From an uncultured virus (IMG/VR IMGVR_UViG_3300010885_088079) (taxonomy: Duplodnaviria > Heunggongvirae > Uroviricota > Caudoviricetes): DNA of 64,000 nt. Location: IMG/VR virus record IMGVR_UViG_3300010885_088079; one strand, given 5' to 3'. The translations under genes and the position numbers were made by a program. Under the pieces are notes generated by a model. That model had not been told where the DNA came from, searched no databases, and saw only the letters and a list, made by a program, of their open reading frames with translations. Below are positions 9,051 through 18,950 of the stretch, piece by piece; the first letter of the stretch is position 1; each line of letters opens with the position of its first letter.

Positions 9051-11081
9051 TTAAGACAAAGATTTTGACTCTTCTATAATTTTGTCAACAATTTCCAGTT
9101 TCAAATTCAGGGTCTTCTTCAAAACATTGCGATCACAGTTAGCAATATCATTTGCATTCTTAATCCCTGATTCAAAAAGCTTATTAGCTCTAGCTCTGCC
9201 TATGTTAGGGATCTTGCACAAAGGAATTAAATGAGGCGGAACTCCATGCTTTATCCTTTCTTCTAGTTCCTGTATCCAGGACTTAGAAGCGTAATCCTTA
9301 GCAAAGCTATTCAAAGAGTAAAGAACCTGTGAAAGCCTATTAAAGTCTAGTTGAATGTTTCTCTGGAGTGCGGCAAAAGCAGGATTGTGTTTGCCTTTCA
9401 AAAGGTTGAAATAACAAAATCCGTATTTACAAGACCCATCTGTTAAAAACTTATTTGTTTTATTCGAAAGCACCTTGTTCTTGTAAGAAAACATTTCTTC
9501 TTTTTCAGCCTTCGAAACAATAGGGTTGCTCCTATTAGAATCTAAGTTACCTAAAGCTGTTGAAATATAGAAGTCATCATTCTGCTTGTTGTTGTCGAAT
9601 AGAAACTTTACATTAAAAAATAAATCCGACACATCAAATGGGCTGAAGTAAAACAGAGTGGAAACCTTGCCTATAACCCTAGCAAACCACTCTCCATTTT
9701 CCTCCTGACCTATCGCTCCACACTTAGAAAGAATGCTTAATGTCTCATCAACTATGTTGTCCTTTAAAGGTTTATTTTGAAAGTAGGCAAGTGATCTTTC
9801 GTACCATTTATGAACATCCTCAGTTGTTTTGACTGATCCATAGTAGATTTCACCCACCAAATGAAAGGCGAGATTCCTATAAGAAGCACCAGTTTTAGAT
9901 AAAAGCTGTGATTCTATGTTTGTTGGTTTAGCGAGTCTTTCTTTGTGCCTGAGCTGTTCCGCCTCTGGGACTAGGACATAAGCATCGCCCATGGGGTCTA
10001 TTCCTAATCTACCCGATCTTCCTATCATTTGAGTGACGTCATAGGACTCAACTTCATCCGTGCCACGGTGAACACCTAAAATTATTACTCTTCTTGCCGG
10101 AAGGTTGCACCCCCAGGCCAAGGTGCTAGTCGCCACTACGACTCTTGGAATTTTTTCATTCCTAAAACGATTCTCTAAACCAACTCTATCTTCCTTGTCT
10201 AAATCCGCATTGTGAAACTCTGCAGTTATGTTTGCTTTAAGCAGTTCTTTTTTCATAAGCTCACCCGTCTTTTTTGTGTGAGCAAATATCAAGAATTTAT
10301 CTTCTGGGTAATAGGAGACTATCTCCATTGCGTAATTAACTTTTTCTTGCTCATGCATTGAGTATCCACGAACATCATCTGAGTAAACCTCATAATGAAT
10401 GTTTAAAGGTACGGGTCTATAAGAAGAATTTAGAATAAATGTTTCTTTTTGAGTAAGTCCATAAGATATCCATCCTGCTACTTCTTCTACGTTCGGCATG
10501 GTAGCAGAAAGAAATATAATTCTGGATTTTCTATTTAGTTGGGTGAATTTCATCAATCCAACTTCTAAATGATCGCCTCTTCCTGGGACCGTTAAAAGAT
10601 GGGCCTCGTCAACCACTAAAGTACCAACATCTTTTAAAAAACCACTTTGTTCTGATTTGAAATTTCTACTTCTGTGTGAAAGCATTTCAGAAGTCATAAT
10701 GATTAGATCTGCTTCTTCAAGCTCCTTAGACCTAGCCTTAGTGATTCTATAATCACCTGTACATATAGAAATTTTCAAATCTTTAAAATGATATTTTGGG
10801 TCTGTCCATTGATCTATCTTTTCTTGTGCCAACGCTCGCATAGGAACAAGGAAAAGACCTTTGCCCCCTCTTTGCCTAATTTCTTGTGCGAGGAACTGTT
10901 CTGCTATTACGGTCTTTCCAGCACTTGTAGATGCTGAAATCAGCCCGTTAACATCTTTATCATAAAACTCCATTATCCTGCTCTGAACAGGATTGAAACT
11001 GGAGAAAGGCCAAGAGGCAAAAGGATAATCAGTGGTAGAAACTAAAGTGTTGTTATCCGTAACTTTTATAAGAGGTGGCAT
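9051..11081 (-). CDS. Ski2/Hel308-like SF2 helicase with C-terminal HhH
   Basis: FNPVQ, TSAGKT, VVDEAH, LSAT, FHNADL, TSTLAWGCNLPAR, QMIGRSGR, IPNIGRARA. Confidence 0.88.
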   Translation of the reverse strand: MPPLIKVTDNNTLVSTTDYPFASWPFSSFNPVQSRIMEFYDKDVNGLISASTSAGKTVIAEQFLAQEIRQRGGKGLFLVPMRALAQEKIDQWTDPKYHFKDLKISICTGDYRITKARSKELEEADLIIMTSEMLSHRSRNFKSEQSGFLKDVGTLVVDEAHLLTVPGRGDHLEVGLMKFTQLNRKSRIIFLSATMPNVEEVAGWISYGLTQKETFILNSSYRPVPLNIHYEVYSDDVRGYSMHEQEKVNYAMEIVSYYPEDKFLIFAHTKKTGELMKKELLKANITAEFHNADLDKEDRVGLENRFRNEKIPRVVVATSTLAWGCNLPARRVIILGVHRGTDEVESYDVTQMIGRSGRLGIDPMGDAYVLVPEAEQLRHKERLAKPTNIESQLLSKTGASYRNLAFHLVGEIYYGSVKTTEDVHKWYERSLAYFQNKPLKDNIVDETLSILSKCGAIGQEENGEWFARVIGKVSTLFYFSPFDVSDLFFNVKFLFDNNKQNDDFYISTALGNLDSNRSNPIVSKAEKEEMFSYKNKVLSNKTNKFLTDGSCKYGFCYFNLLKGKHNPAFAALQRNIQLDFNRLSQVLYSLNSFAKDYASKSWIQELEERIKHGVPPHLIPLCKIPNIGRARANKLFESGIKNANDIANCDRNVLKKTLNLKLEIVDKIIEESKSLS

Positions 11082-11100
11082 ATTTTCTTCTCAAAAAGAA

Positions 11101-11137
11101 AAATAAGGCCCCATAAGCCTTTTATGGGACCTTATTT
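11101..11137. terminator. Intergenic hairpin
   Basis: AAATAAGG-CCCCATAA...TTATGGG-A-CCTTATTT; T-run follows on the minus strand. Confidence 0.55.
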
Positions 11138-11149
11138 GAATAGATTCAA

Positions 11150-11404
11150 TTAAGCAGCAGACTGCCTGTTTTCATCTTCTTTTTCAACAATAAGCTGGAA
11201 TGAGTCCAGCATATCATAAAAGTCCTCACAAGACGAGGCAGAAGAAAACCATCTATCTATTTCTTTTGTAGAACTAAGGAAATCAATAACTTCGGCGGTA
11301 TCGCCTAGCAGTCTTTGAGTTAGTCTTTGGGTCAGAAACTTTAGATTCTCATCGGAAAGACGCTGGCAATACTCTTTCAAGTATGTGTCTATAGGCTTTT
11401 TCAT
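11150..11404 (-). CDS. Hypothetical protein
   Basis: 84-aa ORF with AGGAG RBS. Confidence 0.65.
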   Translation of the reverse strand: MKKPIDTYLKEYCQRLSDENLKFLTQRLTQRLLGDTAEVIDFLSSTKEIDRWFSSASSCEDFYDMLDSFQLIVEKEDENRQSAA

Positions 11405-11415
11405 ACTTTGCTCCT

Positions 11416-11745
11416 ATGATCATTAACGAAGAAAACTTAGAAAAAATACTTGTCGCAAATTGGACTCAATTTATCGACTCAAAGCTGCTAAGGGATTTTG
11501 TACAAAACGAAGTACCTAAAAACCTAAACAGCCTTATTAATATACCTGTAAAAAAGTTGTCGATCAATACCAATCGTGTTTCTTTATCAAGATTTTCTCC
11601 ACACCAAAATGGGTATATTTTATGGATAGAATTTGTCCTAAAGGTTAAAGATAAAATAGCAGAGGGAACCATAGAGGGGTTTACCTCGGCTAAAGAAAAA
11701 ACAATAAAGCTTATTGAAGTTAATGGTTGTCTACACGAAGCCTAG
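11416..11745 (+). CDS. Hypothetical protein
   Basis: 109-aa ORF filling the gap between minus-strand genes. Confidence 0.55.
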   Translation: MIINEENLEKILVANWTQFIDSKLLRDFVQNEVPKNLNSLINIPVKKLSINTNRVSLSRFSPHQNGYILWIEFVLKVKDKIAEGTIEGFTSAKEKTIKLIEVNGCLHEA

Positions 11746-12044
11746 ACAACATCAACACGTCTGACCTCTACTCCCTGATGGTCTACGAACTTGTCCTCTA
11801 AGACAAAATTCTTTCCATCGTCAGAGAACTTTAGGCCTAAGTTATAGGGATCTATTGCAGCGGAACGATCTTTATGAGTTGCGATCACCCAGCAGTAATC
11901 GTCTTTTACAATAAAGCCACCAGTTTCATCCTCTTGGGTGACGCCTATTTCAAGGACCACTCCATCGGGAAGAAGTAACTCGATCTGGCCGTGCTTTAGA
12001 AGGTAATCAATGAGAAGATGCTGAATTTTACCCTTAGAAGACAT
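11742..12044 (-). CDS. Hypothetical protein
   Basis: 100-aa ORF with AGGAGG RBS. Confidence 0.7.
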   Translation of the reverse strand: MSSKGKIQHLLIDYLLKHGQIELLLPDGVVLEIGVTQEDETGGFIVKDDYCWVIATHKDRSAAIDPYNLGLKFSDDGKNFVLEDKFVDHQGVEVRRVDVV

Positions 12045-12112
12045 GTAACATCCTCCTACGTAAATGTCAAATTATATATGATAGAAACAAGTATCTTTTG
12101 AAAATAAAAACA

Positions 12113-12147
12113 AAAAAGGCTACCCCGAATTTCAGGATAGCCTTTTT
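12113..12147. terminator. Bidirectional-looking intrinsic terminator
   Basis: AAAAAGGCTA-cccc-gaatttc-agga-TAGCCTTTTT. Confidence 0.6.
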
Positions 12148-12165
12148 AAACCAAACATATCAGAA

Positions 12166-12390
12166 TCAGGCTTCAACTAAGAAACCGAGATCGCCAAGGC
12201 CTTGGACTGCATCGCTGAATGAACCACCATCAACAACGTTTCCAACCATTTTACGATCTGATCCGTCAACAACCAAAACCATATTGACTGTTCTCTGGAT
12301 TGAGTGGCCGTTTACGACGGCTGTGTCTAGCCCACCCTCTGTTGTATAATTTCTCAATGAGGGAGTAAGCTTTGCTGTATAACTTGCCAT
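12166..12390 (-). CDS. Small monocistronic protein, possibly structural
   Basis: 74 aa, AAAGGAG RBS, TATATATA upstream, terminator downstream. Confidence 0.65.
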   Translation of the reverse strand: MASYTAKLTPSLRNYTTEGGLDTAVVNGHSIQRTVNMVLVVDGSDRKMVGNVVDGGSFSDAVQGLGDLGFLVEA

Positions 12391-12452
12391 ATTATCTCCT
12401 TTTGCAAAAAGTAGAATTCTACTAATTATATATATGTTGATTTTCTATATTT

Positions 12453-12917
12453 TCAATAAAAATTAACATAAGATGGGTTTATGTAGAAATACGGAGTTCC
12501 CTCAAAAACACAATTTTCACCATCTGCGTAGTATGGTAATTCCATGGGATTGCCAGAATGATCCTTGGCCAAAGACCAGCAATAAATCTTTCTATTGCTT
12601 TTAAATATTTCTACCAAAGAAAGATTTTCACTACCCAAGAAGGTTTTACCAACTTTTAGAACAATACAAAAAGGTAAGAATGGTCCCACCTTGTTGTAAA
12701 CCTGAAGCGTTTCTAAGAGGTAATCACCATAATCTGACTTTTGGTAATAAACTATTAGGGAGTATCCATCAACGTATATTTCCCTCTCCCTGAATATGTC
12801 CAAATCCCCATCAAATAAAGAAGTAACGCTTTGAGGGTAAGTATAAGACAACAAAAGATTGCCCAAAGACCTCATGTTTGCAGCTACGTCGTTAAGGTTT
12901 TTTTCTTTTCCTACCAT
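12453..12917 (-). CDS. Hypothetical protein
   Basis: 154-aa ORF; TATATA just before ATG. Confidence 0.65.
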   Translation of the reverse strand: MVGKEKNLNDVAANMRSLGNLLLSYTYPQSVTSLFDGDLDIFREREIYVDGYSLIVYYQKSDYGDYLLETLQVYNKVGPFLPFCIVLKVGKTFLGSENLSLVEIFKSNRKIYCWSLAKDHSGNPMELPYYADGENCVFEGTPYFYINPSYVNFY

Positions 12918-12931
12918 ACAGTATATACGAA

Positions 12932-13903
12932 TTAAATTTTCTGAAATATTTTTTCTAGCTTAAAGACCTCTGCGTATGAACGACTTTTAAAAGAACGACT
13001 AAAAATCCCAAACTCTAAATAGTCTTTTCCATACTTTAAGAGCCGTTTAAGCAGCCAACTCCTAAGAATACTAAGCCTAGGAGACAAAACCTCGAAATCA
13101 AAGTTCAAGAACTTAAATGCATCTAAAGGATCAAGCCAACAGTATCCAGAAAAAGGGTCCCTGTTTAAAAATGCAGGAGGTCCAGAAGAAATAGAGCAGT
13201 TAATAAAATGATGCAACAAAGAAATCCAACATAGAGAATCGTCAGGGTTAAGACAACAAGAGTTATCCATAATCCTAAATTCTAAAGATTTTCTTCTTGC
13301 ATGATGATAATGAAAAGTATTAAGAGTGTAATATTTTGTAGTACCAAGCTTTTCGATAAAATAAGAAATATCATGAGGAGAAAATACAGAGTCTATGATG
13401 TTAGCTTGTGCTATAAGCCTACAGTAAGGATTAACCTTTCTTTTAATTGGCATTGCATCCATAAAAAAACTCTCAAGTTTAATCCACCATGATATAATCG
13501 ACAACAGATCTTCTGAAGAAAGAGAAGACACATCAAAGTGGACATGATAGGAACACCTTGAGTCACTTCTTATTCTGCTATCTTTTCTTAGGGATTCTAT
13601 TACTTGAGAAATTGTTTTAGCACCAAACAGCCCTCTTAAAACAGGAGAGCAAACTTCAAGGCCGCAACTAGAGTCAGGCTTAACAACCCAATAATTATTG
13701 TCATGGTTGTTGCACCATTTAGAAACAAAAACACGCTCGCCTGAAAACTTGTTGACCAAAAAAGCAACATCATAAGTCCCTAGAGGAAGCGAACCACTAA
13801 GGTTGCCATCTGGTCTACTTTTAAGATCAAAAGAATTGAGCTCTATCTCAACGCCAAAAGGAACACTAAACTTCAAGTCTTTTGTAATATTTTCTGGCTG
13901 CAT
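12932..13903 (-). CDS. Putative amidoligase (COOH-NH2 ligase, glutamine synthetase fold)
   Basis: FGVEIE, WVVKPDSSC, LEVCSPVL, YHVHFD, KYYTLN, SLEFR. Confidence 0.8.
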   Translation of the reverse strand: MQPENITKDLKFSVPFGVEIELNSFDLKSRPDGNLSGSLPLGTYDVAFLVNKFSGERVFVSKWCNNHDNNYWVVKPDSSCGLEVCSPVLRGLFGAKTISQVIESLRKDSRIRSDSRCSYHVHFDVSSLSSEDLLSIISWWIKLESFFMDAMPIKRKVNPYCRLIAQANIIDSVFSPHDISYFIEKLGTTKYYTLNTFHYHHARRKSLEFRIMDNSCCLNPDDSLCWISLLHHFINCSISSGPPAFLNRDPFSGYCWLDPLDAFKFLNFDFEVLSPRLSILRSWLLKRLLKYGKDYLEFGIFSRSFKSRSYAEVFKLEKIFQKI

Positions 13904-13989
13904 ATTACTAAGGTACTAAAAAATCAAAAGAAGATCAATCCTCATTGATTAATAAAAACTTACATCTATAATTAGTTGGAGGACAAAAT

Positions 13990-14436
13990 ATGAAATGTTT
14001 AATGATAGAAACCAAGGATAAAAGAAGATTTTTTACGAGCAAGAGTAATTTCTTACAACTAAATGAATTTATCAAAGTATTTAAGCCAAACGTATTCATA
14101 GTAGAAATGAAAAAAGGCGAACTTCTAGATATAGAAGACTTAGCAAACCTGCTATGCGACACTGAGTACAAAAAAGATCATGATATTTTATATGAAGTAG
14201 TAAAAGAAGTGAAAATAGATCAAAACAAAAACAGTAAGATAGACACACAAAAGATCAGAGACTTCATTAAGAAGGAACTGATAAATAAAAAGACCATTTC
14301 ACTCAAAAGAGTGAAAGAAAGATTTAAAAAGTATGACCTATCAGACTCCACCTACTACAACCAAATAAAGGCTGTAAAGACAGAGCTGAGTAGCAGAGGA
14401 TTCAAGTTTGTAAAGATGAAAAACAGAAAAAATTGA
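13990..14436 (+). CDS. Basic hypothetical protein, possible C-terminal HTH
   Basis: GGAGG RBS; LSDSTYYNQI resembles a recognition helix. Confidence 0.6.
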   Translation: MKCLMIETKDKRRFFTSKSNFLQLNEFIKVFKPNVFIVEMKKGELLDIEDLANLLCDTEYKKDHDILYEVVKEVKIDQNKNSKIDTQKIRDFIKKELINKKTISLKRVKERFKKYDLSDSTYYNQIKAVKTELSSRGFKFVKMKNRKN

Positions 14437-14440
14437 TGAA

Positions 14441-15676
14441 TCACGAAAGATCTTCATCAATTTCACTGTCGTCGAAGTCGCCCGCGACCTCATTAACCTC
14501 TACGTCACCCTCACTCTCGGGGTCAAAGTTTATAGCCAGCATGAAGGGCTCAAGGTAGTCTTTTACCTCTTGCTCATTTGAAGCATCAATCAGGGCGGGG
14601 CACTTAATTAGAACCTCCATAGGAACATCGTTCCTATCTAAACTAGCCCTAAACTTAAATTCTACATTGTCTTGAGTGAATGGAGCCTTAACAATAAAGT
14701 TACCAGCACTTTTTGCCTCAATTCTTTCTGCATCTAGCAGGCAAGAAAGAAGGCCGCTTAGAGGGTTAACCCCACGTTCAAACAAAAGCTGAACGTTGTC
14801 CGACTCTATGAAAGGTCTATGAGTCTTGTTCTTTACATTCTTAATTTTTACATTTATACCAAGGATCTTTTTCTTAGTAGCAGTGATCTTTTTCTCAATC
14901 TTCATCTGAGTTTTGGTTTCTAGCCTGCATGAGGCGTAGAAAGGCAGTGCGTTTCCACCACCAGCAGTGGTTTTAGGCTGAAGTCCCATTGGGGCAAAAC
15001 CACCTATTTTGTCACGAGTTTGATTGAGAATAACAACAGTAGCGTTATGCTTTTCCATAACGGTATTCAGCTTCCTGAACTCTCTTGAGCAAATTTTTGC
15101 TCTCTCGCCGGGCTGCTCATGACCACCAACAATCTTCTTGAAGTCGGCCTTGGTGTAATCTTCTGGCAATTGTACTTCTTTTAGTTCACGGGCTGATGGT
15201 GAGACTCCGATAGAGTCGTAAACTATAACAATAGGAACTTCATTGCTCTTCTTTTCTCTAATAAATTCTATTGTTTTGTACATCTTGGAAAAGACATCTT
15301 CCAAGCTTTCAGGAGTGTATCTAGCAACACGCTTAAGATTACAATGAGATGCCTTTGTTATAAACTCTTTGTTGGCAGAGTTTTCACAATCTAAAAGTAC
15401 AGGAACACCATTCATTCTTTGGCAACCATAAAGAACGTTTGTTCCAATCAAGCTTTTAGAAGAAGAACTCGGACCATATATTTCAGTAAGCTTACCACCT
15501 GGAACGCCGCCCCCTATGAATTTACCTGAGCAAACGTAATTCAGAGCCAGCGACCCAGTATCAATAAAATACTTAATGCTATCTATCTTGTCTAATACAT
15601 CGCCGCCAGTTTTTTCTGCAAGCTCTTCAAAAAAATTATCAAAATCATCTACTTCGTTGTTTTTTCTCTTAGCCAT
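14441..15676 (-). CDS. uvsX: RecA/UvsX recombinase
   Basis: IDTGSLALN, GGVPGGKLTEIYGPSSSSKS, IVYDS, ILNQTR, GGNALPFYASCR, VKNK. Confidence 0.9.
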   Translation of the reverse strand: MAKRKNNEVDDFDNFFEELAEKTGGDVLDKIDSIKYFIDTGSLALNYVCSGKFIGGGVPGGKLTEIYGPSSSSKSLIGTNVLYGCQRMNGVPVLLDCENSANKEFITKASHCNLKRVARYTPESLEDVFSKMYKTIEFIREKKSNEVPIVIVYDSIGVSPSARELKEVQLPEDYTKADFKKIVGGHEQPGERAKICSREFRKLNTVMEKHNATVVILNQTRDKIGGFAPMGLQPKTTAGGGNALPFYASCRLETKTQMKIEKKITATKKKILGINVKIKNVKNKTHRPFIESDNVQLLFERGVNPLSGLLSCLLDAERIEAKSAGNFIVKAPFTQDNVEFKFRASLDRNDVPMEVLIKCPALIDASNEQEVKDYLEPFMLAINFDPESEGDVEVNEVAGDFDDSEIDEDLS

Positions 15677-15721
15677 TTTTGGACTCCTTTTGATTTGATT
15701 TACGATTTAGAAAAAATTAAT

Positions 15722-15759
15722 GAGTGGGGGTAGCAGCCCGATTGCTACTACCCCCACTC
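15722..15759 (-). terminator. GC-rich hairpin between SSB and uvsX
   Basis: GAGTGGGGGTAG...CTACCCCCACTC, followed by TTAATTTTTT on the minus strand. Confidence 0.6.
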
Positions 15760-15774
15760 GCCGTTCCCCACACC

Positions 15775-16779
15775 CTACATAGCACCCAATTCACGCATGA
15801 ATTCATCGTCCGCTAGGAGATCATTCTCATCACCACCAGAATCTTTTGACTCTGTGGTAGAAGAAACAATAACCTCTTCCTTTATCTTGGTAGATGCGGA
15901 AGCCGCTGGTTGCGGAGCCTGACCGACTGTTCGGAACTCTTCTAAATCATCATCATCTTTAGAGTCATCTTCTTTGATCATTCCAAGATGAACTCTTAGA
16001 GCCTGCTTAAGCTCTTCAGGTGCCTTTACAGCCCTAAGAGCCTGAAGGTCATTGGCGGATTCAAGCCATTTAGAAATTTCTTCTTTGGTTCCAAGTGGCG
16101 AGGAATCCTCAAACTTTGAATCGTCATAGTTTGGATACTCCATACCACCGCCGCCCTTTACAATCTTCTTTACAACCTTGAAGTCTCTTCCGGTTACAGG
16201 ATGAGTAATATCGCCAAGAGGCTTATCGCCTGCAACCTCATCTCCAACGATAGCCCTAGTGATTTTAGCGTGCTGGTTTTTGCCGCAGCTATAAATCTTA
16301 GGTCCTACGTTGTTTTCTACGGCACCATCTTTGTTCTTCTGCTGTCTAACGATTACATTGTAGTAATAACGCTCAACAGGCTTAATAGCTCTTGCTTGAT
16401 TCTGCAATTCTTCTTGCTGCTTGCCTGAGAGACCTTCTGACTTCTGCCATAAGTCGGAGTAGTATTTGCAAATTATGCAATCACCCATCCACTTTGGACC
16501 ACGGTCGGTCTGAACAAGCTCTCTTCGGCAATGGTAAGCCCTCTTCCTCTTTGTTGAAGGGTTGGTGAGGGTGTGTACTCTTGTTACACAAAAGAATTTC
16601 TGTCCCTTCTTGATGGGGAGAAATCTTAAAACAACGTTGCCCTGTTTTTCGGGCAATTTAACAAACTTTTCTAAGTAGTCATCACTTGAGTTTGAGTTAG
16701 ATTCTGCACTAACTCTTTCATACTCCGTGAGCATTTGGGCCAAATCTAGTGCTTCGTATTCAGTGGACATTGTAGTCAC
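15775..16779 (-). CDS. Single-stranded DNA-binding protein (gp32-like)
   Basis: VLRFLP, H/C/CxxC Zn ligands, RYYYNVIVR, GPKIYSCGK, GRDFKVVK, NYDDSKF, acidic tail. Confidence 0.85.
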   Translation of the reverse strand: MTTMSTEYEALDLAQMLTEYERVSAESNSNSSDDYLEKFVKLPEKQGNVVLRFLPIKKGQKFFCVTRVHTLTNPSTKRKRAYHCRRELVQTDRGPKWMGDCIICKYYSDLWQKSEGLSGKQQEELQNQARAIKPVERYYYNVIVRQQKNKDGAVENNVGPKIYSCGKNQHAKITRAIVGDEVAGDKPLGDITHPVTGRDFKVVKKIVKGGGGMEYPNYDDSKFEDSSPLGTKEEISKWLESANDLQALRAVKAPEELKQALRVHLGMIKEDDSKDDDDLEEFRTVGQAPQPAASASTKIKEEVIVSSTTESKDSGGDENDLLADDEFMRELGAM

Positions 16780-16884
16780 TCCTATAGTTAAAGAAACAGT
16801 TCAATCACAGTGAACTTGTAGTTACTATAAGATATATCGGCCAGTAAAGCAAGAACTTTAAAAAAAATTTTTTGGGGCTTGAAT

Positions 16885-17631
16885 TTAGGATCCACGACCC
16901 ACAAATTTGAATAGTTTGATATTCCTCTTATTCGCGGCTGAGAGGAATCTCTTCCAATTAGCAGAAAAAGAATGGAAGATTGTTGTATTTGAAAAATCGT
17001 TTAAGTCCGAGTTTGATTTAGGATGGCGACAATGCAAACCATCAAAGAAACGGCAGTTAAAGCCTTCGGCCAAAGAAGAAAAAGCAAACTCTTCTTTATT
17101 GTACATGTTCTTATCTACAGTTAGCAGCCATTCGCAAACCTTAGGGTATTTCATTTGTTCAAAATCAGCTATTCTGCTCTCTATGTTCTGACAAAAATAG
17201 TTTAAGAAGTCTTTCTTGCCGTAAAAAACGCCAGAATTAAAAACCCTCTTTACTTCACAGTCAGGATAGCTTCTACGACGCACCCAATCATTTTCAACTG
17301 CCACCATGTCAAAATCGCTATAGAATGAAAATATGTTCTCAACGTCCACGAAAATAAAGGTATCACAATCTAAGACAAGATACTCAAGGCAATCTACTTT
17401 TGAAAAAAACTTTTTGTTATTTTGGAAGTAAGAATAATCAGAATCTATCTTCACAGATTCAACATTATTCTTAGCCAAGAAATCAACAAAAAAAGTGTCT
17501 GGTTCGAACCTCACCAACAAAACAAAAACTTTAATGGTTTTGTTGTGTCTTCTTAACATAGATATACTGTTGAGTAACATCTTCTTGTATAGAAGCTTAT
17601 TATCAAAAGCATATATTACGCACTTATTCAT
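16885..17631 (-). CDS. GT8-like glycosyltransferase
   Basis: LVLDCDTFI (DxD), FNSGVF, IFHSF. Confidence 0.7.
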   Translation of the reverse strand: MNKCVIYAFDNKLLYKKMLLNSISMLRRHNKTIKVFVLLVRFEPDTFFVDFLAKNNVESVKIDSDYSYFQNNKKFFSKVDCLEYLVLDCDTFIFVDVENIFSFYSDFDMVAVENDWVRRRSYPDCEVKRVFNSGVFYGKKDFLNYFCQNIESRIADFEQMKYPKVCEWLLTVDKNMYNKEEFAFSSLAEGFNCRFFDGLHCRHPKSNSDLNDFSNTTIFHSFSANWKRFLSAANKRNIKLFKFVGRGS

Positions 17632-17635
17632 TCTA

Positions 17636-18160
17636 TCAGGTAGTACTATTATCGCTTAAATTTTGAATATCCTGAACTACCTCTGCGTCAACAATAGATC
17701 CATCATTCTGCTCATCAAATTCCTTTTGTGCCTGTTCCATCTGCCCTGCTATGCCTTCAAGTTCAAGGGCCTTTTGATGAAGAGCATCCATCTTTTCTTT
17801 CATGGTCATGTGCCCTTCATTCTCAAGCTTCTGGTTTATCTCTTTTCTCGTCTCACTTTCCCTATCATATTCTTCCTCAAGAGCCTCAAGAATCTTCAAA
17901 TTATGTTCTAGCTTTGAGTTTAGTTCCTCGGCACGCTTTTCCTTTTCGACGGATACAACCTCATTTAAGGCAGAGGCATCGTTTTTGACAAATGGCTTCT
18001 GCTTGCCGAAAGCATTTTCTTCTGCCTGTAGTTCATTGAGTTTTTCTTCCATAGCTTGTTTCCTTTGCTTTCTAAGTGTCTCTCTTCTTCTAAGAACTCT
18101 ATCCTTTGCTATTTTCTCTCTATTCTTTTTCTTTCTTTCTTTTTGCTTTTTTGAAGTCAT
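17636..18160 (-). CDS. Charged coiled-coil hypothetical protein
   Basis: K/E/R-rich helical ORF, tightly packed in the operon. Confidence 0.7.
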   Translation of the reverse strand: MTSKKQKERKKKNREKIAKDRVLRRRETLRKQRKQAMEEKLNELQAEENAFGKQKPFVKNDASALNEVVSVEKEKRAEELNSKLEHNLKILEALEEEYDRESETRKEINQKLENEGHMTMKEKMDALHQKALELEGIAGQMEQAQKEFDEQNDGSIVDAEVVQDIQNLSDNSTT

Positions 18161-18913
18161 TTATCTTCTCCTAATATCTGGCATTGAAGGGTCGATTGAG
18201 GCATTGCCCCATAAAAGATTTGGCTCGTCTCTCTGCTCCGACTCAGAGAAGCCAAGCTCTTTGTCGCCAAATAAGTTAACAGAACCAGGAATAAAATACA
18301 AATCTGGCACGGTTTGCTCATTTCCTTTGTCGTCCTTTAAAACATACAACTCCCCAATACCAGTCGGGGAAAGCTTTTTTTCAAGAACTTCATACTTTTT
18401 GTCCACAGTAAAACTTAGATTTTTTCTTTTTAATTCAGGTATCTGCTGTGGTTCGGGAGCGAAGACAACTAAGTCTACAGGTCTCCTAGGTCTAGAAGCA
18501 CTTAAAGACTCGTGGGGATGTAATTGTTGTAGGTTTTCATTCCGTGCAGAACATTTAGGATGTGAAACAGCTGTTGGTTGTGGAGGAGGTAATCCTTCCT
18601 CCTCTTCCTCCATTTCGAGTTCAATACAAGTCACAGAAGCATCAGTCGAATCAAATAAAAACTTTTTGTTTTTAATGACTATTCCACCTTTTGTTTCTTT
18701 GAAAGAGACTTTTTTCCTAGAAAGTTCGTAGACTTCGACATCAGAAATAAATATATCCCTTCTCGCAAGCTGTGCCGTTATTGATGCGGCAAGCTTTTCT
18801 AAAGGAACGTCTTCAAAAGGATCACCAACCTTCTTTTTAAAGGTTTTTGACTCTCCCTTATTGTAATCGCCATCTAATTTTTCATTAAAGTGGTAGCAAA
18901 CTTCAAATCCCAT
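18161..18913 (-). CDS. Hypothetical protein
   Basis: 250-aa ORF abutting the downstream gene. Confidence 0.7.
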   Translation of the reverse strand: MGFEVCYHFNEKLDGDYNKGESKTFKKKVGDPFEDVPLEKLAASITAQLARRDIFISDVEVYELSRKKVSFKETKGGIVIKNKKFLFDSTDASVTCIELEMEEEEEGLPPPQPTAVSHPKCSARNENLQQLHPHESLSASRPRRPVDLVVFAPEPQQIPELKRKNLSFTVDKKYEVLEKKLSPTGIGELYVLKDDKGNEQTVPDLYFIPGSVNLFGDKELGFSESEQRDEPNLLWGNASIDPSMPDIRRR

Positions 18914-18950
18914 ATTTTACCATATAAAAAAGGCTTTACTCTATTATAGT

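Noticed and set aside
17802..18731. 309-aa plus-strand ORF
   Set aside because: Ser/Phe/Leu-rich antisense shadow of two K/E-rich minus-strand genes. The same applies to most short antisense ORFs in the track.
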